From NCBI GenBank assembly GCA_964016885.1, contig OZ024741.1, positions 191,580,001 through 191,644,000 on the forward strand: a stretch of 64,000 bases of DNA. Direction: 5' to 3'. The DNA comes from Eledone cirrhosa (lineage: Eukaryota). The position numbers were made by a program, and so were the translations under genes. Positions 33,481-46,959 of the stretch are shown here, piece by piece (positions within the stretch are counted from its first letter, which is position 1; each line of letters opens with the position of its first letter). Under the pieces are notes generated by a model. The model made no database searches, was not told the DNA's origin, and saw only the letters and a program-made list of their open reading frames with translations.

Positions 33481-35419
33481 GACAAACGACTGCAAGGGTT
33501 GATGACATTCTGTGCTGACCTGCCTGCCAGCCTAAAATGTGACCTCCCTACACCTTCCACTAGCAACCTATAGTAGCTATCTTCAATATCACTATACACT
33601 CCCACTAATCATCCCCTAACTCCTGTAGTAGCAATTTTCAGCATTACAACATCTCTACTCTATTCAAGATTACCTTCACATCTATCCCACAACATAACCT
33701 TCCCACCTGTAAAAACCTGACATACCAGGCATAACTGATATTACCACAGTACCTCCCACTCATTACCATTTACCCTGTCAAACCCTACCACCCCACCTCA
33801 CACCTATGACATGTTTCCCCTACCCACAACCCTTAGTGTAGAGAGGGTTCTTCAGTTGAGTTTGTGTACCTAGTACACCCCATAAGGTGCTTGGCAATAT
33901 GAAGGGAATCCTGCAATAGGAACCATCCCAAAAAGGGTTGAGGGTACTCTTTAATTGTGTCAGGGGCATGACAACATCTCTAATGTTGGCAATATACCCG
34001 ATAAATGCATCCAATACATACTGTAAAGTTGTTGGTGATAAAAAGTGCATCTATAGCGTAGATTGATGGTCATGTTGGTAGTTGATTTGTTTGTTGTGTG
34101 TGTGCTCATGGCAGTGTGGTGTGGGCACTGTTGTGTGATAGTGTGACCAGAGGTTGCATGTGGCAGGTAAGTAAGTGAGTGTTCATTAAGATGATGATGA
34201 TATGATAGTTCCTTGAAATCACGCAGAAAATGAATATATATAAATGAACCACGATAACACCAAACCATTATATTATTAATTTATTAAAAATAGCTCACGC
34301 TGAAGCTATACAATAAATATACAAGAATTATGGACGTTATTTGTTTGTTTGTAAAAGTAGAATTAAATTTTATTTACCAAGAAAACTTCATGAACTTCAC
34401 TGGCTTGGTTGAGAGAAAGACCAAGAGATAGAGATTGAGGGAAAAAGAGAGAGTAAGGGAGAGTAAGAGTCAGTAAGACCCAAAGGGTCTGTGGAAAGTA
34501 ATAGTTTACATGTTTACTCTATCAAGAACCGCTCTGAACTACTGCCTGGCCTATTCTGAGGCAGGTTTTCACCTTAAAATGACCTGCTACTTCAGACAAC
34601 TGGCACCAAAGAAGATAACCCAGAGAATCACCATTAAATGTCACCTGGGGGTCAATGTGTGGACAGATAAATATACAGAGTCGTGATCAACTCGCATATT
34701 TTAAACCAATAGAGATAGTGAAATGCCAGAACATGACTTGAAAAGAAATTAAAATGTGTGGGATTGAGATTTCTACTGGCCTTTGTTATATGAAGCGGTG
34801 AGTTGCTTTACATATATTGAAAAGAACTGATGTGTATTCCACAATGAGTCGGGAATGTGTGACATAGATTGACATAGAGCTATTCGGTAATGTATTGTAA
34901 TTGCAAGTACAAAATGCACCTGATTATCCGTTTAAATTTGCGAAGCCTCTTTCAGTCTGGGCTGCATTGCAGTCCGTAAGCTATTCCGTTATGTCAACTA
35001 GTTGAGTTAGAAAATCTCAGAATACAAATAATTATTCGAAACAACAAAAAGTTCAATTTTTCTTCTCTTTGTGTGTCAGTGTTCTTTTTTTTATATCTTT
35101 GATATAAGAATGTTGTCGTTTCTCGTTAGGAAGCTAGCAGTGTTGTCTGTTGTTGCCTGCTGCTGACGAAGATGACAAAGCAATTTCTCGGGCATGTAGC
35201 ATGTTCGCTGTAAAATATTTGGTCATGAATTGAAGAATTGCAGCGAAGTTTTTGTAAATAGTCCATAGAAGTGAAGTTTGATAAATAATTTGTTGAAGCG
35301 AAGTTTTCTTTTTTCTTTTTTTTAGAAAAATGAGAAGCCTGGTAAATACTGATTAATCAGAAAGCTGCGTGTTTGAACCACATCGGGGTCACCAATTAGT
35401 AACTGCCATATTATTTAAT

Positions 35420-35990
35420 AATCCCTACATTTTCAATGTACCCACCCATTGCATATTGTATATTTAATTGAATTCTCTCCAATACTCTTCCTGCACATGA
35501 CCACATTCCTATTCTTTCCATCTCACTACATGCTTTTCATACATTATCGTCATTACTGTAACCATTTTCCCATTCCTCTCTTAATACCCATGTCACTACT
35601 TCATGTAGAACACTATTAAAAGTTTTTTTTCAGACCAACAAACCCCCAAAACTCTTTCTTTTGACCCTGTACAATAAAAATTGCATCAGTTATTAGGTGT
35701 CCCTCCTCAAATCATTTTCCTGCCTCAACTCCAAACTGCATTTTTCCTTATTCTTTTCTCTAACACTCTTTTCAATACCTTCACTTCATGTTCTAATAGC
35801 TTAATTGCTCTATACATCCTACAGTCTAGAGGATCACCTTTTCCCCTGCACAGAGAGATGAAAGTACTTCCATCCAACTTCCTGCTGCCTTTAGCATATC
35901 TCCCAAAACTGGATTGCTCTCTATGCTGCTATCCCATACATTCTCCATGTTTAACAATCTCTTCTACCTTTTCTTAATTCCATATTGCTG
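35420..35990 (-). mobile_element. Old RTE-type RT fragment
   Basis: Minus strand reads GKGDPLDCRMYRAIKLLEHEVKVLKRVLEKRIR. Confidence 0.7.
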
Positions 35991-36426
35991 TGGGTTGGCA
36001 GATCGGCAAATCAGATTATAGTGGTTCCACCACTTACGCTTCTGCGCCTCAATCCAGGCAGATAGGAAGGTGCCAGTAGGTCAATTTATACATTATATGT
36101 AAGTCTACTTCACCATGAGGTAGCATTCTAATCGAATGATATTTCATGCCTCTCCCGAAATTTTCTTTGTTATTTTTCATTAGAAATCTCTTTTAGAGTT
36201 GTGACTGTGTTTATCCATTGGTGTTTCTTGGTCAGGTTTTATTCATTCATTTAATTTTTTCAAGGTATTTTTTAGCTGGCAGAGCGCCCAATTAAAAGAC
36301 TTGATGGTTGAAAACTGTTAAACAGAGTGGAGTAACAGTCAAAGGAATATATTTTAGGCATGCCTGAATGTTTCAAGATCTACTTCCCTTTGTCTGATTT
36401 AACTATTTTTTTTTCTTTTCACTGTA

Positions 36427-36459
<33 letters not shown>

Positions 36460-36465
<6 letters not shown>

Positions 36466-36703
36466 CATCATCATCATCGTTTAACATCTATCTTCCATGC
36501 TAGCATGGGTTAGACGGGTTTGTCCAGAGGCAAGTTGAGTCAGGTGACTGTGTCTAGCTTATATAGAACTGTTTCTTGCTGGTTTTCTATGGCTGGATAC
36601 CCTTCCTAATGCCAACCGCATTTACAGTGTGTGCTGGGTGCTTTTTGTTGTGGCACCTACATGACCACTTTACAGTGTGGGCTGGATGTTTTGTGGTACC
36701 AAC
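36460..36703 (-). mobile_element. RTE family A 3'-UTR-only copy inside (TA)n
   Basis: (CAT)n tail, CCATGCTAGCATGGGTTAGACGGG and two UTR units; (TA)n on both sides. Confidence 0.85.
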
Positions 36704-36784
36704 ATATATATATATATATATAATATATTTCTATATTAAATATTTATACTCTATGTTTACCCACGATTGAACCCGGGGTAAACT

Positions 36785-37820
36785 TTATAAGACAGTATAT
36801 ATAGAGAAAAATACACACAGAGGTATGTGTTCGGTTATAGGGGATAGAATACCACCAGAGTGAAAACCATATTATCTATGAACAGAATGGAGAATACATA
36901 TCAATTAAAAGAATAAATCAAAATGTACAGACCATTCGTTTATAACTATAACACCTGGACATGCAGTAAGCATGTTTCACCACAAATAAAGTGTAGAATC
37001 ATACCGCTGTCGGCTTATCAACTGGAGGATTACAATACAATCCACAACTTCTAAAAATTGTATCAGACAATTAGCAAACGCATGTGGTGTAAAGAGAAAA
37101 TATGTACGCTATACAGCACATCATCATCATCATTTCATTTTACGTTCGCTTTTTCCCTGCTTGCAAGGGTGGGACGGGAACTGATTCTGGCTTGATTTCT
37201 ACAGCTGGATGCCCTTCCTAACACTAACCTCATTTACAGTGAGTGCTGGGTGCTTTTTTTCCGTGGCACCTCCACGACCACTTTGTAGTGGAATGATAGG
37301 GACCCCAGTCCCTATCATCTCATTTATACAGTTGAGTAAACTGGAGCAATGTGAAATAAAGTGTCTTGCTCAAGGAAACAGCACATCACCTGGTCTGAGA
37401 ATTGAACTCACAACCTTTCGATTGCAAGGCCAATGCTCTAACCACTAAGCCATGTGCCTCCACATGGTGGTGGGAATGGACCGAAAGACCACTAGAAACA
37501 GCAGCTGAGAACCATTCAACTTAAGAAGCTCTACTTACATATAGAAATGAATCAAGGGCCAATATATCAAATTAAATGTATTGTTGATCCTCCTGATGAT
37601 AAGCTGTCAACGGTATGATTCTACACTTTATTTGTGGTGAAACATGCTTACTGCATGTCCAGGTGTTATAGTTATAAACGAATAGTCTGTACATTTTGAT
37701 TTATTCTTTTAATTGATATGTATTCTCCATTCTGTTCATAGATAATATGGTTTTCATTCTATCCCCTATAATTGAACACATACCTCTTTGTGTATTTTCT
37801 CTATATTCTGTCTTATAAAG
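36785..37820. mobile_element. Penelope-like inverted terminal-repeat pair with hammerhead-like motif
   Basis: ~36785-37040 is the reverse complement of ~37578-37820. CTGATGA (37593) ... GAAACATGC-ttact-GCATGTC. Confidence 0.65.
37118..37462 (-). mobile_element. tRNA-CORE-RTE SINE, full length
   Basis: Reverse-complement match to 49029-49360. Confidence 0.9.
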
Positions 37821-37904
37821 AGCTGAGAATCTATTCCTTGAGCTCATTAAATTATAGGGGATTAATGTGAGTCTTTAACTCCATTTTTTAATTTGATATA
37901 TGTA

Positions 37905-38097
37905 TATCCCAGTAGAAGGAAGACGCAGTAGAGGAAGACCATGAAAAACATGGACGGAGGTGGTGAAAGCAGACCTCAGATCGCTGAAACTCATGGGTGA
38001 GAGGACGAAGGACCGTGACAAGTGAAGAGATGCTGTGCTGAATAGGACCCATCCTGCCCTTGCAAGCAGGGAAAAGCGGACGTAAAATGATGATCAT
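37905..38097 (+). mobile_element. RTE family B 3' end
   Basis: PVEGRRSRGRP... followed by the tail CCCTTGCAAGCAGGGAAAAGCGGACGTAAAATGATGAT; TA-rich flanks. Confidence 0.88.
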
Positions 38098-38572
38098 TAT
38101 ATATATATAAGGAAAATAAATCGAAAATGCAACTGGAGTCTTTTTAAGAATATTTATTTGTTTCCTTTACCAGTTTTACAGTTCTTATGCTTTTCAAAAG
38201 TAGAATTGAGATGGAGGATTTGTGGTTTTTCTCGCATTTGGTTGGTGCTCGAATGTTACTTCTGTTTTATGTGGAAAAAAATGGCTCGAATTGCTAGATT
38301 TTTTTAAAAAAGTAATTTGATTGGTTGATGACCGATACATGGATAAGTATAATAAATTTCATGCCAGTTCGCGTTACAAAGTTCTTATTGTATTTGCGAA
38401 AGTTGATGTACTTATTCTCATGACAGTCATCAACCAACCAAATTTCACTTATATATGAAAAAACAACAATTTGAGCCACACTTTAAAGGCAAACACAATA
38501 AGAACTTTGTAATGCAAACTGGCGCAAAATTCATTATACTTATTCACGTGACAGTCATCAACCAATACAACA

Positions 38573-39160
38573 TTTGATACCTCTTATGCTTAGTCTCTCT
38601 CTCAATTCATTTGTGCTTTCCCATTCATGCAAGCTTCATTTCTTTCTAATCTACGCAAGTCTTCTGCACAATGCCCAGGTTTCACTACCTTATAACATTG
38701 CTGTTTGTATAGAAGCATCATACAATCTGCCTTTCATTTTTAGAGAAAATCCCTTTGTGGCCAACAACGGTATCAGCTCTGAACTTTTTCCATCCCGTTC
38801 TAACTCTGGCTACTGTACTTTCAGAACACCCTTCTCTACTGCTGATTTTGTCACCCAGGTAACAGAAAGTATCTACTATTTCTATAGAACCATCTGGGCA
38901 ATTGAAGGATCCAGTATCCTGTGGGCACTTGCTACTTACTACACCTGGGCATTGGCCACATATAAAATCTGCATTCTTAGATAGCCTGCCTGTGATTCCA
39001 CTACCTCTTTTATGTACCCATAGTTTGCATTTGGGGCATAGAATGGAATTTCTACCTACTCCTTTCCTACACACTGGACATGGCAATTTCCCAGAGGGCA
39101 CCTGTGCCCTATTCTCCTTTCTACATACTAGAACTTTACTGTTAGACAAGTTAACTTTAG
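38573..39160 (-). mobile_element. RTE family A internal fragment including PHD
   Basis: ORF 38718-39218: CPVCRKGVGRNSILCPKCKLWVH...CGQC...VDTFCYLG. Confidence 0.88.
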
Positions 39161-39399
39161 GCTGCAGCATTTGACTTTTACTTATTTTATCAACACCTCT
39201 CCTTTTCATGATATTCAACTTACTATTTTTCTCCTATCAATATAAGACTGCTTTCTCACTTTTTGCATACCTTCTGGTTGTAGCTTCCTGCTTTCTTCTA
39301 CTCCCTTTAAATCTGTTATTTTTCTCTTATAGTCTTATCTACCTACCTGAGGGCAGAGCCACTACTACTCTGAATTGAAAGACCACAGCTTCGATATTA

Positions 39400-39640
39400 C
39401 AGACATATTTCAGGAAAGAATCGCTGGACAAATTTTACAGGCAAAACCAACCAGCAGAAGACCTAAAGCAAGATAACTGGATAACATCCATGAGCTCGAG
39501 TGGTCTTGTTTGGGGAATCCAGTCAGATCAATTGGAGACAAATGCTTCTGACAGGGCCTGCTGGAAAGCATGCTTGAGCAATCTTCCCCCACGACCCTCC
39601 CAGGAATAAGTGCACAAAGAAGAAGAAGGAGGAGGTGATG
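39400..39640 (+). mobile_element. 3' end of a different RTE (Expander/Rex3-like) with (GAA)n tail
   Basis: Reads like ILQAKPTSRRPKAR...W...LPPRP, followed by GAAGAAGAAG. Confidence 0.55.
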
Positions 39641-40284
39641 AAGAAGTCTTATCTACTACACTATTCCACCCAGAAGTTACTTTCTGTTTGGCTGGTTTTG
39701 GAATAGGTCAGTAAGTTAATAAAGAGCAATTTGTCAGTTATTCTTTAGATTTATTATGGAATCTGGTACACAGAGCTTTAACAGAATATAAATATATAAA
39801 TAGAATTTTTGTTGATATTGAAGGTAGAGGTTGAGAGTATGTTGTATACGGAATGATAATATCCCTCTGGTTGTAAACTTAACCTAATTTCAATCTGTCA
39901 CAACACTGCATCTCTATGCAAAAGGGGGTCAAATAGATTGTGTTTCCTGGCTTTAATTTAGGAATGTTGATTTGATAGCAAGTAACAGTTACTGAACATG
40001 ATTTGGTGTTAATGATAAATCCAAATGTGTTTTGCCTCTCTTTGAAAGCTCATCAGTCTTTCTGTAACCTATCAAAGTATTAACGAGCAAATCACTAGGT
40101 AAAGATACATAATTAATAAATCACAAACACACACTCACACATGCACACACACGCACACACATATATGTATATCATCATTTTTTCATCATCACTTCTATGT
40201 CAACTTCCCCATGCTGAATTGGGTTGGACAGGACTTTTAAGGCAATGTTTTACAACTCCCTTCCTGACTTAACTTAAAACTAAG

Positions 40285-40530
40285 CACACAGCACACAACA
40301 CACAAAAACAAGATGGTGTAGGACAGAACAAAAATGGGACACAAAATAAAAACCTAGTCATTGAGGAGGTCACAGAATGTGTGATGAAAGAGCTTTGACA
40401 ATATATAAAGAACCATCCGGTTATCAAACCAACCAACCAACCGGAAATTTATAATAGATGGAAATGAAAACCAACAGGTGCGTGTGTGTTTATTGGTTTA
40501 TTGGCAGCATGACCCTCCCAAAGTATAACA
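40285..40530 (+). mobile_element. Solo Penelope terminal repeat (pLTR)
   Basis: Reverse-complement match to ~13415-13680. Confidence 0.75.
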
Positions 40531-40599
40531 ATATATATATATGAATGTGTGGATGTGTATATGACCCCCCCCCCACACACACACACACATGCTATAGTA

Positions 40600-40895
40600 A
40601 ATGGGTGGCCCATGCAGACTACAATGGACCTAGTGCCTAGTGCAGGAAAGAACCTAACTGTCACACAGCCCCAGTATCCCTCAGGCCCAGGAAAAGAGCA
40701 TGACACTCATGCAGCCCTGTTCTCATCAAACATGGAACTTAAGACTTGCAACTATAAATGTCAGAAGAACAATGAAAGGTAAATGTGGTGAGATTGTAGA
40801 GATGTTAGAGAGGCGACAAGTAGATGTATGCTGTGTTCAAGAAGTAAGGTAGAGAGGTGGTTCAGCCAGATTCATCAAAGGCAAAGATCATTGGT
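40600..40895 (+). mobile_element. RTE 5' fragment (APE N-terminus)
   Basis: LRLATINV...GEIVEMLERRQVDVCCVQEVR. Confidence 0.8.
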
Positions 40896-42118
40896 AGGCA
40901 TTCTTGCTCCTTATTGATTATGAGTTGGTTTGCTGGTGGTTGGTAACCTTGAATTGCATCCTCAACTGATAATCAAAAAAGTCTTATTCTTAGTTACCAT
41001 TTCTAGGTTTTCCTTTGACACATTTCTAAATTTGATGAACTTTTCATTGAATTTTCTGTTTATAGCTTAATTTTTCATTTGTAGTCTGATTTAAAGATAA
41101 TTGGTAATTCTTGCGATTTTTAGTTCAAATAAACATAAAGTCATAGCATCAACTTCTCGTTGAATTGTTGAACACTTTCAATGATTACATATCTTGTTCA
41201 GATGAACTAAGATTATGCTGTTAAAATTACTAGATTCATGTACATCTTTTGACTATACAATCATCATCATCATCGTCATCATTTTTATGTCCATTTTCCC
41301 ATGCTGGATGGTCTTCCTATTGTCAACCCTTTTAGTTGACTCTTATGACATACAGGGATATGGTGTAGTTATTTTTTTAAAAACTTGAGTACAGATGGAT
41401 ATATCTAACAGGCTTCTGCCAGGATGCAAAACCTGTCAAGCTTACTTGAAAGAACTCACCACAAATTCTGCCAAATGTCTTGAATCACAGACTATTAAAT
41501 GAATCTGCCAGGTAAAAAGAAATTATCACTTGTTAAATGATGGCTTCAGTACCTTGTTCTTGCTTTCTAAACAAAAACAACCTACTGCACAGCCTGCATG
41601 TATACAAATATAATATGTTACACCAAGAGAGCTTTAAAACATTGACTTCTGTGAACTTTCTGCACAGCACGTACATGTGATAGTTGAACATTTATTCCAG
41701 TGAACTTTCTTGTTTACTTGATCAACTGTGATCAGTTCCATGATTATTTTGAAGTTAAATAAATGCAATTTTTACTGCACTACCTCATGTTTTTATGTAT
41801 TGTCTTATTCTTGATATGTTGTGTCCAACCTTCACTTTAACACACACACACCTCACTCATAACACATTTCTTCACTGGTAACCAGCAACGTCTGAACTAG
41901 TTTTATATATATAAATATACATATGTTTATGTGTATATTTTAGACCAAGGAAGACCTGGACTGGGGTGGTGAGAGCCAATCTCAAATCACTGAGACTCAC
42001 AGGGGTGATGATGAAGGAATGTGACGAGTAGCGAGACGCTGTGCTGAAAATGACCTGTCCAACACATGTGAGCATGGAAAAATAGATTTTAAAATGGTGG
42101 TGTGTGTATGTGTTTTAA

Positions 42119-43915
42119 TCATCATCATCATTTAACGTCCATCTTCCATGCTTACATGGGCTAAACGGGTCTGTCCTATTAGAGGCAAGCTGGGTCAGGT
42201 GACCGTGTTGCACTCGTATCGGATTGTTTCTGGCTGGTTTTCTATGGTCGGATGCCCTTCCTAACACCAACCACATTTACAGTGTGTGCTGAGTGCTTTT
42301 TACCATGTCTCCTACATGACAACTTTACAGTGTGGACTGGGTGCTTTTTGTTGTGACACCTACATGACCTCTTTACAGTGTGGGCTGGATGTTTTGTGGT
42401 ACCAACATAACTTTATAGAGTAAAGGTGGTGTGGGGTGCACATTGGTTTAAGAGGTGCCTCCTGACTGTAGGTTTAAGTTCATATGGAAGGGAAGGCGGG
42501 TCTTCTGCTGTACTGCATAGTGCCAAAGATCTCGATCCTGTATCATTGTCTTAGAGAGGTGCAAGGTCAGCTTTTATCACCTCATTCCAGGTCTTTCTGG
42601 GTCTACCTACTCCGTAGCTTTTATCAATTTTGATCGCCCTGCACCTTTTTATACAGCTGTCATCTTTCATGGGCATCACATGACCATACCAACGCAATCT
42701 CCTTTCTAATAAACTGCATCTGATCCCTCTTATGCCTAATTTCTCACTTAATTCATTTGTGTATATTACTATCACACATCCATGCATGCTTCATTCCTTT
42801 CTAATCTGTGCACATCCTCTGCACACAAAGCCTAGGTCTCACTACCATGTTCGTATACAAGCATCATACAATCTACCTTTCATTTTTAGAGAGAAACCTT
42901 TTGTGACCAACAACGGTATTAGCTCTCTGAACTTTTTCCAACTCTGACTACTGTACTTTCAGAACACCCCTCTCCGCTGCTGATTTTGTTACTCAGGTAA
43001 CGGAAAGTGTCTACTATTTCAATAGAACCATCTGGGCAGTTGAAGGAGCTAGTATCCAGTGGGTACTTGCTACTTATTGCACCTGAGCATTGGCCACATA
43101 TAAAACCTACATTCTTTGATAGCTTGCCTGTGATCCCACTACATCTTTTATGTATCCATAGTTTGCATTTGGGACATAGAATGGAATTTCTTCCTACTCC
43201 TTTCCTACACACTGAGCAAGGAAGGAACCTGAGCCCTATTTTCCTTTCTACATACTAGAACTTTAGTCTTAGACAAGTTAACTCTAAGGCCTTTTGATTC
43301 TAGGCCATGCGGCCATGTTTGGAATTTCTTCTCTAGTTCAGCCATAGATTCAGCTATGAAAGTTAGATCATCTGCATATAGAAGTTCCCATGGGTAGCCA
43401 GTCTTAAACTCTTCTGTTATAGCCTGAAGGGCAATAATAAACAGAAGGGGGCTAAGGACAGTGCCTTGATGAACACCTACTTTTACGCTAAATTCTTAAC
43501 TATATTCATTGATAATTCTAACCTTGCTGACTGTTCCTCTATACATGGCTTGTATATCTCTCTCAAGCCACTCATCTACTCCTAGTTTTCTAAGAGCCCA
43601 TCAGATAATGGAGTGGAGGGACTCTGTGAAAGGCTTTCTCCAAGTCAGCAAAAGCTCAGTAGAGGGGTTTACTTTTAGCTAGGTACTTCTGTAGTTGCCT
43701 TAGTAGGAAGAGAGCATCCGTGATACTTTTGCCTGGCACAAATCCAAACAGCATTTCATCTAGATCAATTCGGTTTCTAATCAGTTCTGCGATAACTCTT
43801 TCTGTGAGCTTCATGACCTGGTCAACTAACTTAATGCCTTTAGTTTTCTCTATCTAGAGTGTCTCCTTTGCCCTGGTAGCAGTTGACAATGGTGCTGCTA
43901 TGCCAGTCATTTGTT
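42119..43915 (-). mobile_element. RTE family A, 5'-truncated and decayed
   Basis: RT remnants, PHD (ORF 42919-43212), C-terminus (42551-42787), 3' UTR and (CAT)n. Tail-to-tail with a short + strand RTE end at ~41940-42100. Confidence 0.92.
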
Positions 43916-45344
43916 AATATATATATATATATATATATCATCATCATCATTGTCGTTGTAACGTCCACTTTCCTTACTAGCAACGGTTGTTGATCACCAA
44001 ACACTAGGTAGGCTGTCATGTCCTTGACTTGACTGAAGGGCCTTCCAACCCTTTGTTTGGCAACCCACAGTTGGATGCTCTCACCATCACCAACCACTTC
44101 ACAAAGAGGCATCGGCTGGGAATGTATGTGTAGAGAGATGGGAGGTGAGATGAGGGGGTGTTGAAAATAGCAGTAATGAGTGCATATACATATAAATAAG
44201 TATAAATCAAAGCTGTAGTCACAGTAGAGCAGATACCAACAGTGGGAAAAGTTAATATATTTTCGTCCAGATTAAACACAAAGTTAAGAAAGTGTGACAC
44301 CAAGAATAAAATGACCAAGTGTATGTGGCTATAGTTTATAACTACAACAACGATAAATATGAAGAGATAGGAATATATATTTACACACATACATATATAA
44401 CACACATGTGCTGTGTTGACTTGATTAAAATTGATTTTCTATTAATCAATGACTGAAAATGCACCATCACATTCAATATATTAACAGATATATTTTAGTA
44501 CTTTTTAAAAAGTATTATCACAATAGCTAGTTTATTTCCTAAAGTATCACAGAAGCTGGTTATTAAATAATTGAGCTGTAGGTCAAGAGCTATCCAGCTG
44601 TAGGTCAACACTATGCCGTCTTTTATTTAAATATTTACTATATTATTTACTTTATCCTATGTATCCTCCATATTTTTAAAGACTGTAAAATGTAACTTGA
44701 GGGAAATTTATCTGCTATTTCTAACATATCAAGTAACAATGTACAGATTGTCAGATTGGTCCAGCAGAAGCTGGTTTCTTTAATGTAGAGCTCACTGTTG
44801 CTGTTTAGAGCAGCTCCTGATAAAAAAATAAACAGCAGTGATTGTGAATTTTCTCTCTTACTTAAACTAAAATATTTATATGACTAAATTAGTAGGTTGC
44901 ATAAATGCTTCAGTTTAAGAGAGAAAATGTTTATATTTATTTATTTGCTCATCCACTTTGTGGCCCATTTGACTTTCTGAATGACATGCCTAATTTCAAA
45001 ATTACCTTGAATTTTTTGTTAGTGTGGCCCATTGCTCAAAAAGTGTTTCTCATGCCTAATGTAGACTAAACAATCACAATCATGATTCATCTGACTTCAT
45101 TCAAAACAAGAAAACGGAAAAAATTGATGCATTCTTTTTTTTTTCCTGAGCCATCATCTAGTTTGCAACTTTCCCATGATAAGCATATTTCAGTTATGGA
45201 ATTTTGAAATGATATTGTTTTGTAATCAGATGCCAAGCTTATTGCCATCCCTAAAGAGATTAAATTCTAGTGTTTTATTCTGGCTTTATTGCATGGCAAT
45301 TAACTACAATCTATCCTAAGAAGTATCAAGATACTTATATTACT

Positions 45345-45640
45345 AGCACTCTGTCAGTTATGATGACAAGTGTTCCAGTTGATATGATCAACAGAACAGC
45401 CTGCTTGGAAAACTAACATGCAAATGACATGCATAGCCTTAGTGTAGTTCTCAAGGAGATTCAGTATGACACAGAATGTGATGAGGCTGGCTCTTTGAAT
45501 TACAGGTACAACTCATTTTTACTGGCTGAGTGAACTGGAGCAATGTGAAATAAAGTGTCTTGCTGAAGGTACAATGCGTAACTAGGAATTGAATTCACTA
45601 CCTTACGATCGTGAGCTGAATACCCTAATCACTAAGCCAA
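45345..45640 (-). mobile_element. tRNA-CORE SINE, third family
   Basis: GGCTGAGTGAACTGGAGCAATGTGAAATAAAGTGTCTTGC core, B box and an AATCACTAAGCCA head. Confidence 0.8.
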
Positions 45641-46959
45641 TGCATATCAAAATTATGCACTTCAAAACTGTTGTGTCAGATATCACTTTATGAAACTTTG
45701 GTTTCTGAGAAGTTTTATAACTGAATTTCAAAGTCCATTAAATTCTTGAATAGAAGTGCAATAATCTAGTCATTCCTTGCTTTAGATAAAAATAAAAATT
45801 AAAAATACAACAAAAAAAAATATTTTACTGACCTCAATTTTGTTATCTATAATATCTTATGTTGAAATGAGTGATTTTGGTGGCAAATAATTTTAGAAAG
45901 ATTACTTATCTCACAACAACTTAATCTTAGTTTCAAATAAAATCTATCATTAAGCTATATTATATCTTGGATTGCCATTTTTCGTCGCTTACATATATTA
46001 TTTCTAGAAATTAAAAAATAATAATAATAAATAAAGATTAACTGGTTTTGGGTGGCAATATTTCAAACTGCTACTAAGCTATTTCAGAAACGTACTTGAC
46101 TTCTAATAAGCAGACTGTCCCAAAATAGTTAATATTCTCCCATCCACTCTTTTTCAGGCTAACATTGACATGCTCCAATTGTATACATCTAACATAAACT
46201 CAGACTCAGATATATTTACAGTAGTGTACTAAAAATTTATAGAATACATTAACTTGCTTTTAAATTAAACAGTTTATAAACCTTATGAATTATCAACGTC
46301 TTAGGAGTGTTTGAAATTTGAAAATGTGAGAGTCACAAATGCAGAAAATAACAGTAAATAATAGTTGAGAAAATTAGGTAAATTACCTTTAGAAATAGAA
46401 AAAATGGCCAATTTTCTCAACTATTATATATAATGATTGAATGTTATTAACAATTATTTTCTGTGTTTGGGGCCCTCACATTTTCAAATTTAAACTGTTT
46501 ATATTTATGCAGTCTCTTTTTAGATATCTTCTTTAGAAGAGAGATGGAATAAACACAAAGTTTATATAAATACACAATAAATACAAAATGAAGCAGAATT
46601 TACAATTATTTATAACTGAGATAGATATTCACCTCAATAAATTAGAAGGGAAATTGATTTTCCAGGATCATTCTAATAATTAGCTAAGAAAACATTAGAG
46701 TCTAAAGAGACTAATGAGAATCTGTATTAACAAATAAAACAACAGCTGATAAAATTTGTAAAATAAGTTCATATGCCTTAAAGAGAGATGAGATCTGGTG
46801 TTTCAGACAGGACTTCTCTGTTTATTTGTTCTTGATTGGCTCAAAAACTACCAAATGAACACTCACAAAACCATATACATTATTATTCACTATCACATCC
46901 TGAAAGTTTCTACACAATTTATTTTTATCCATGTAGTTATAAAAATTCACACCCACTGA

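Noticed and set aside
41390-41515. Possible coding exon ending in CAG|GTAAAA
   Set aside because: Stops in the frames examined and no recognisable protein motif; cannot be supported without transcripts.
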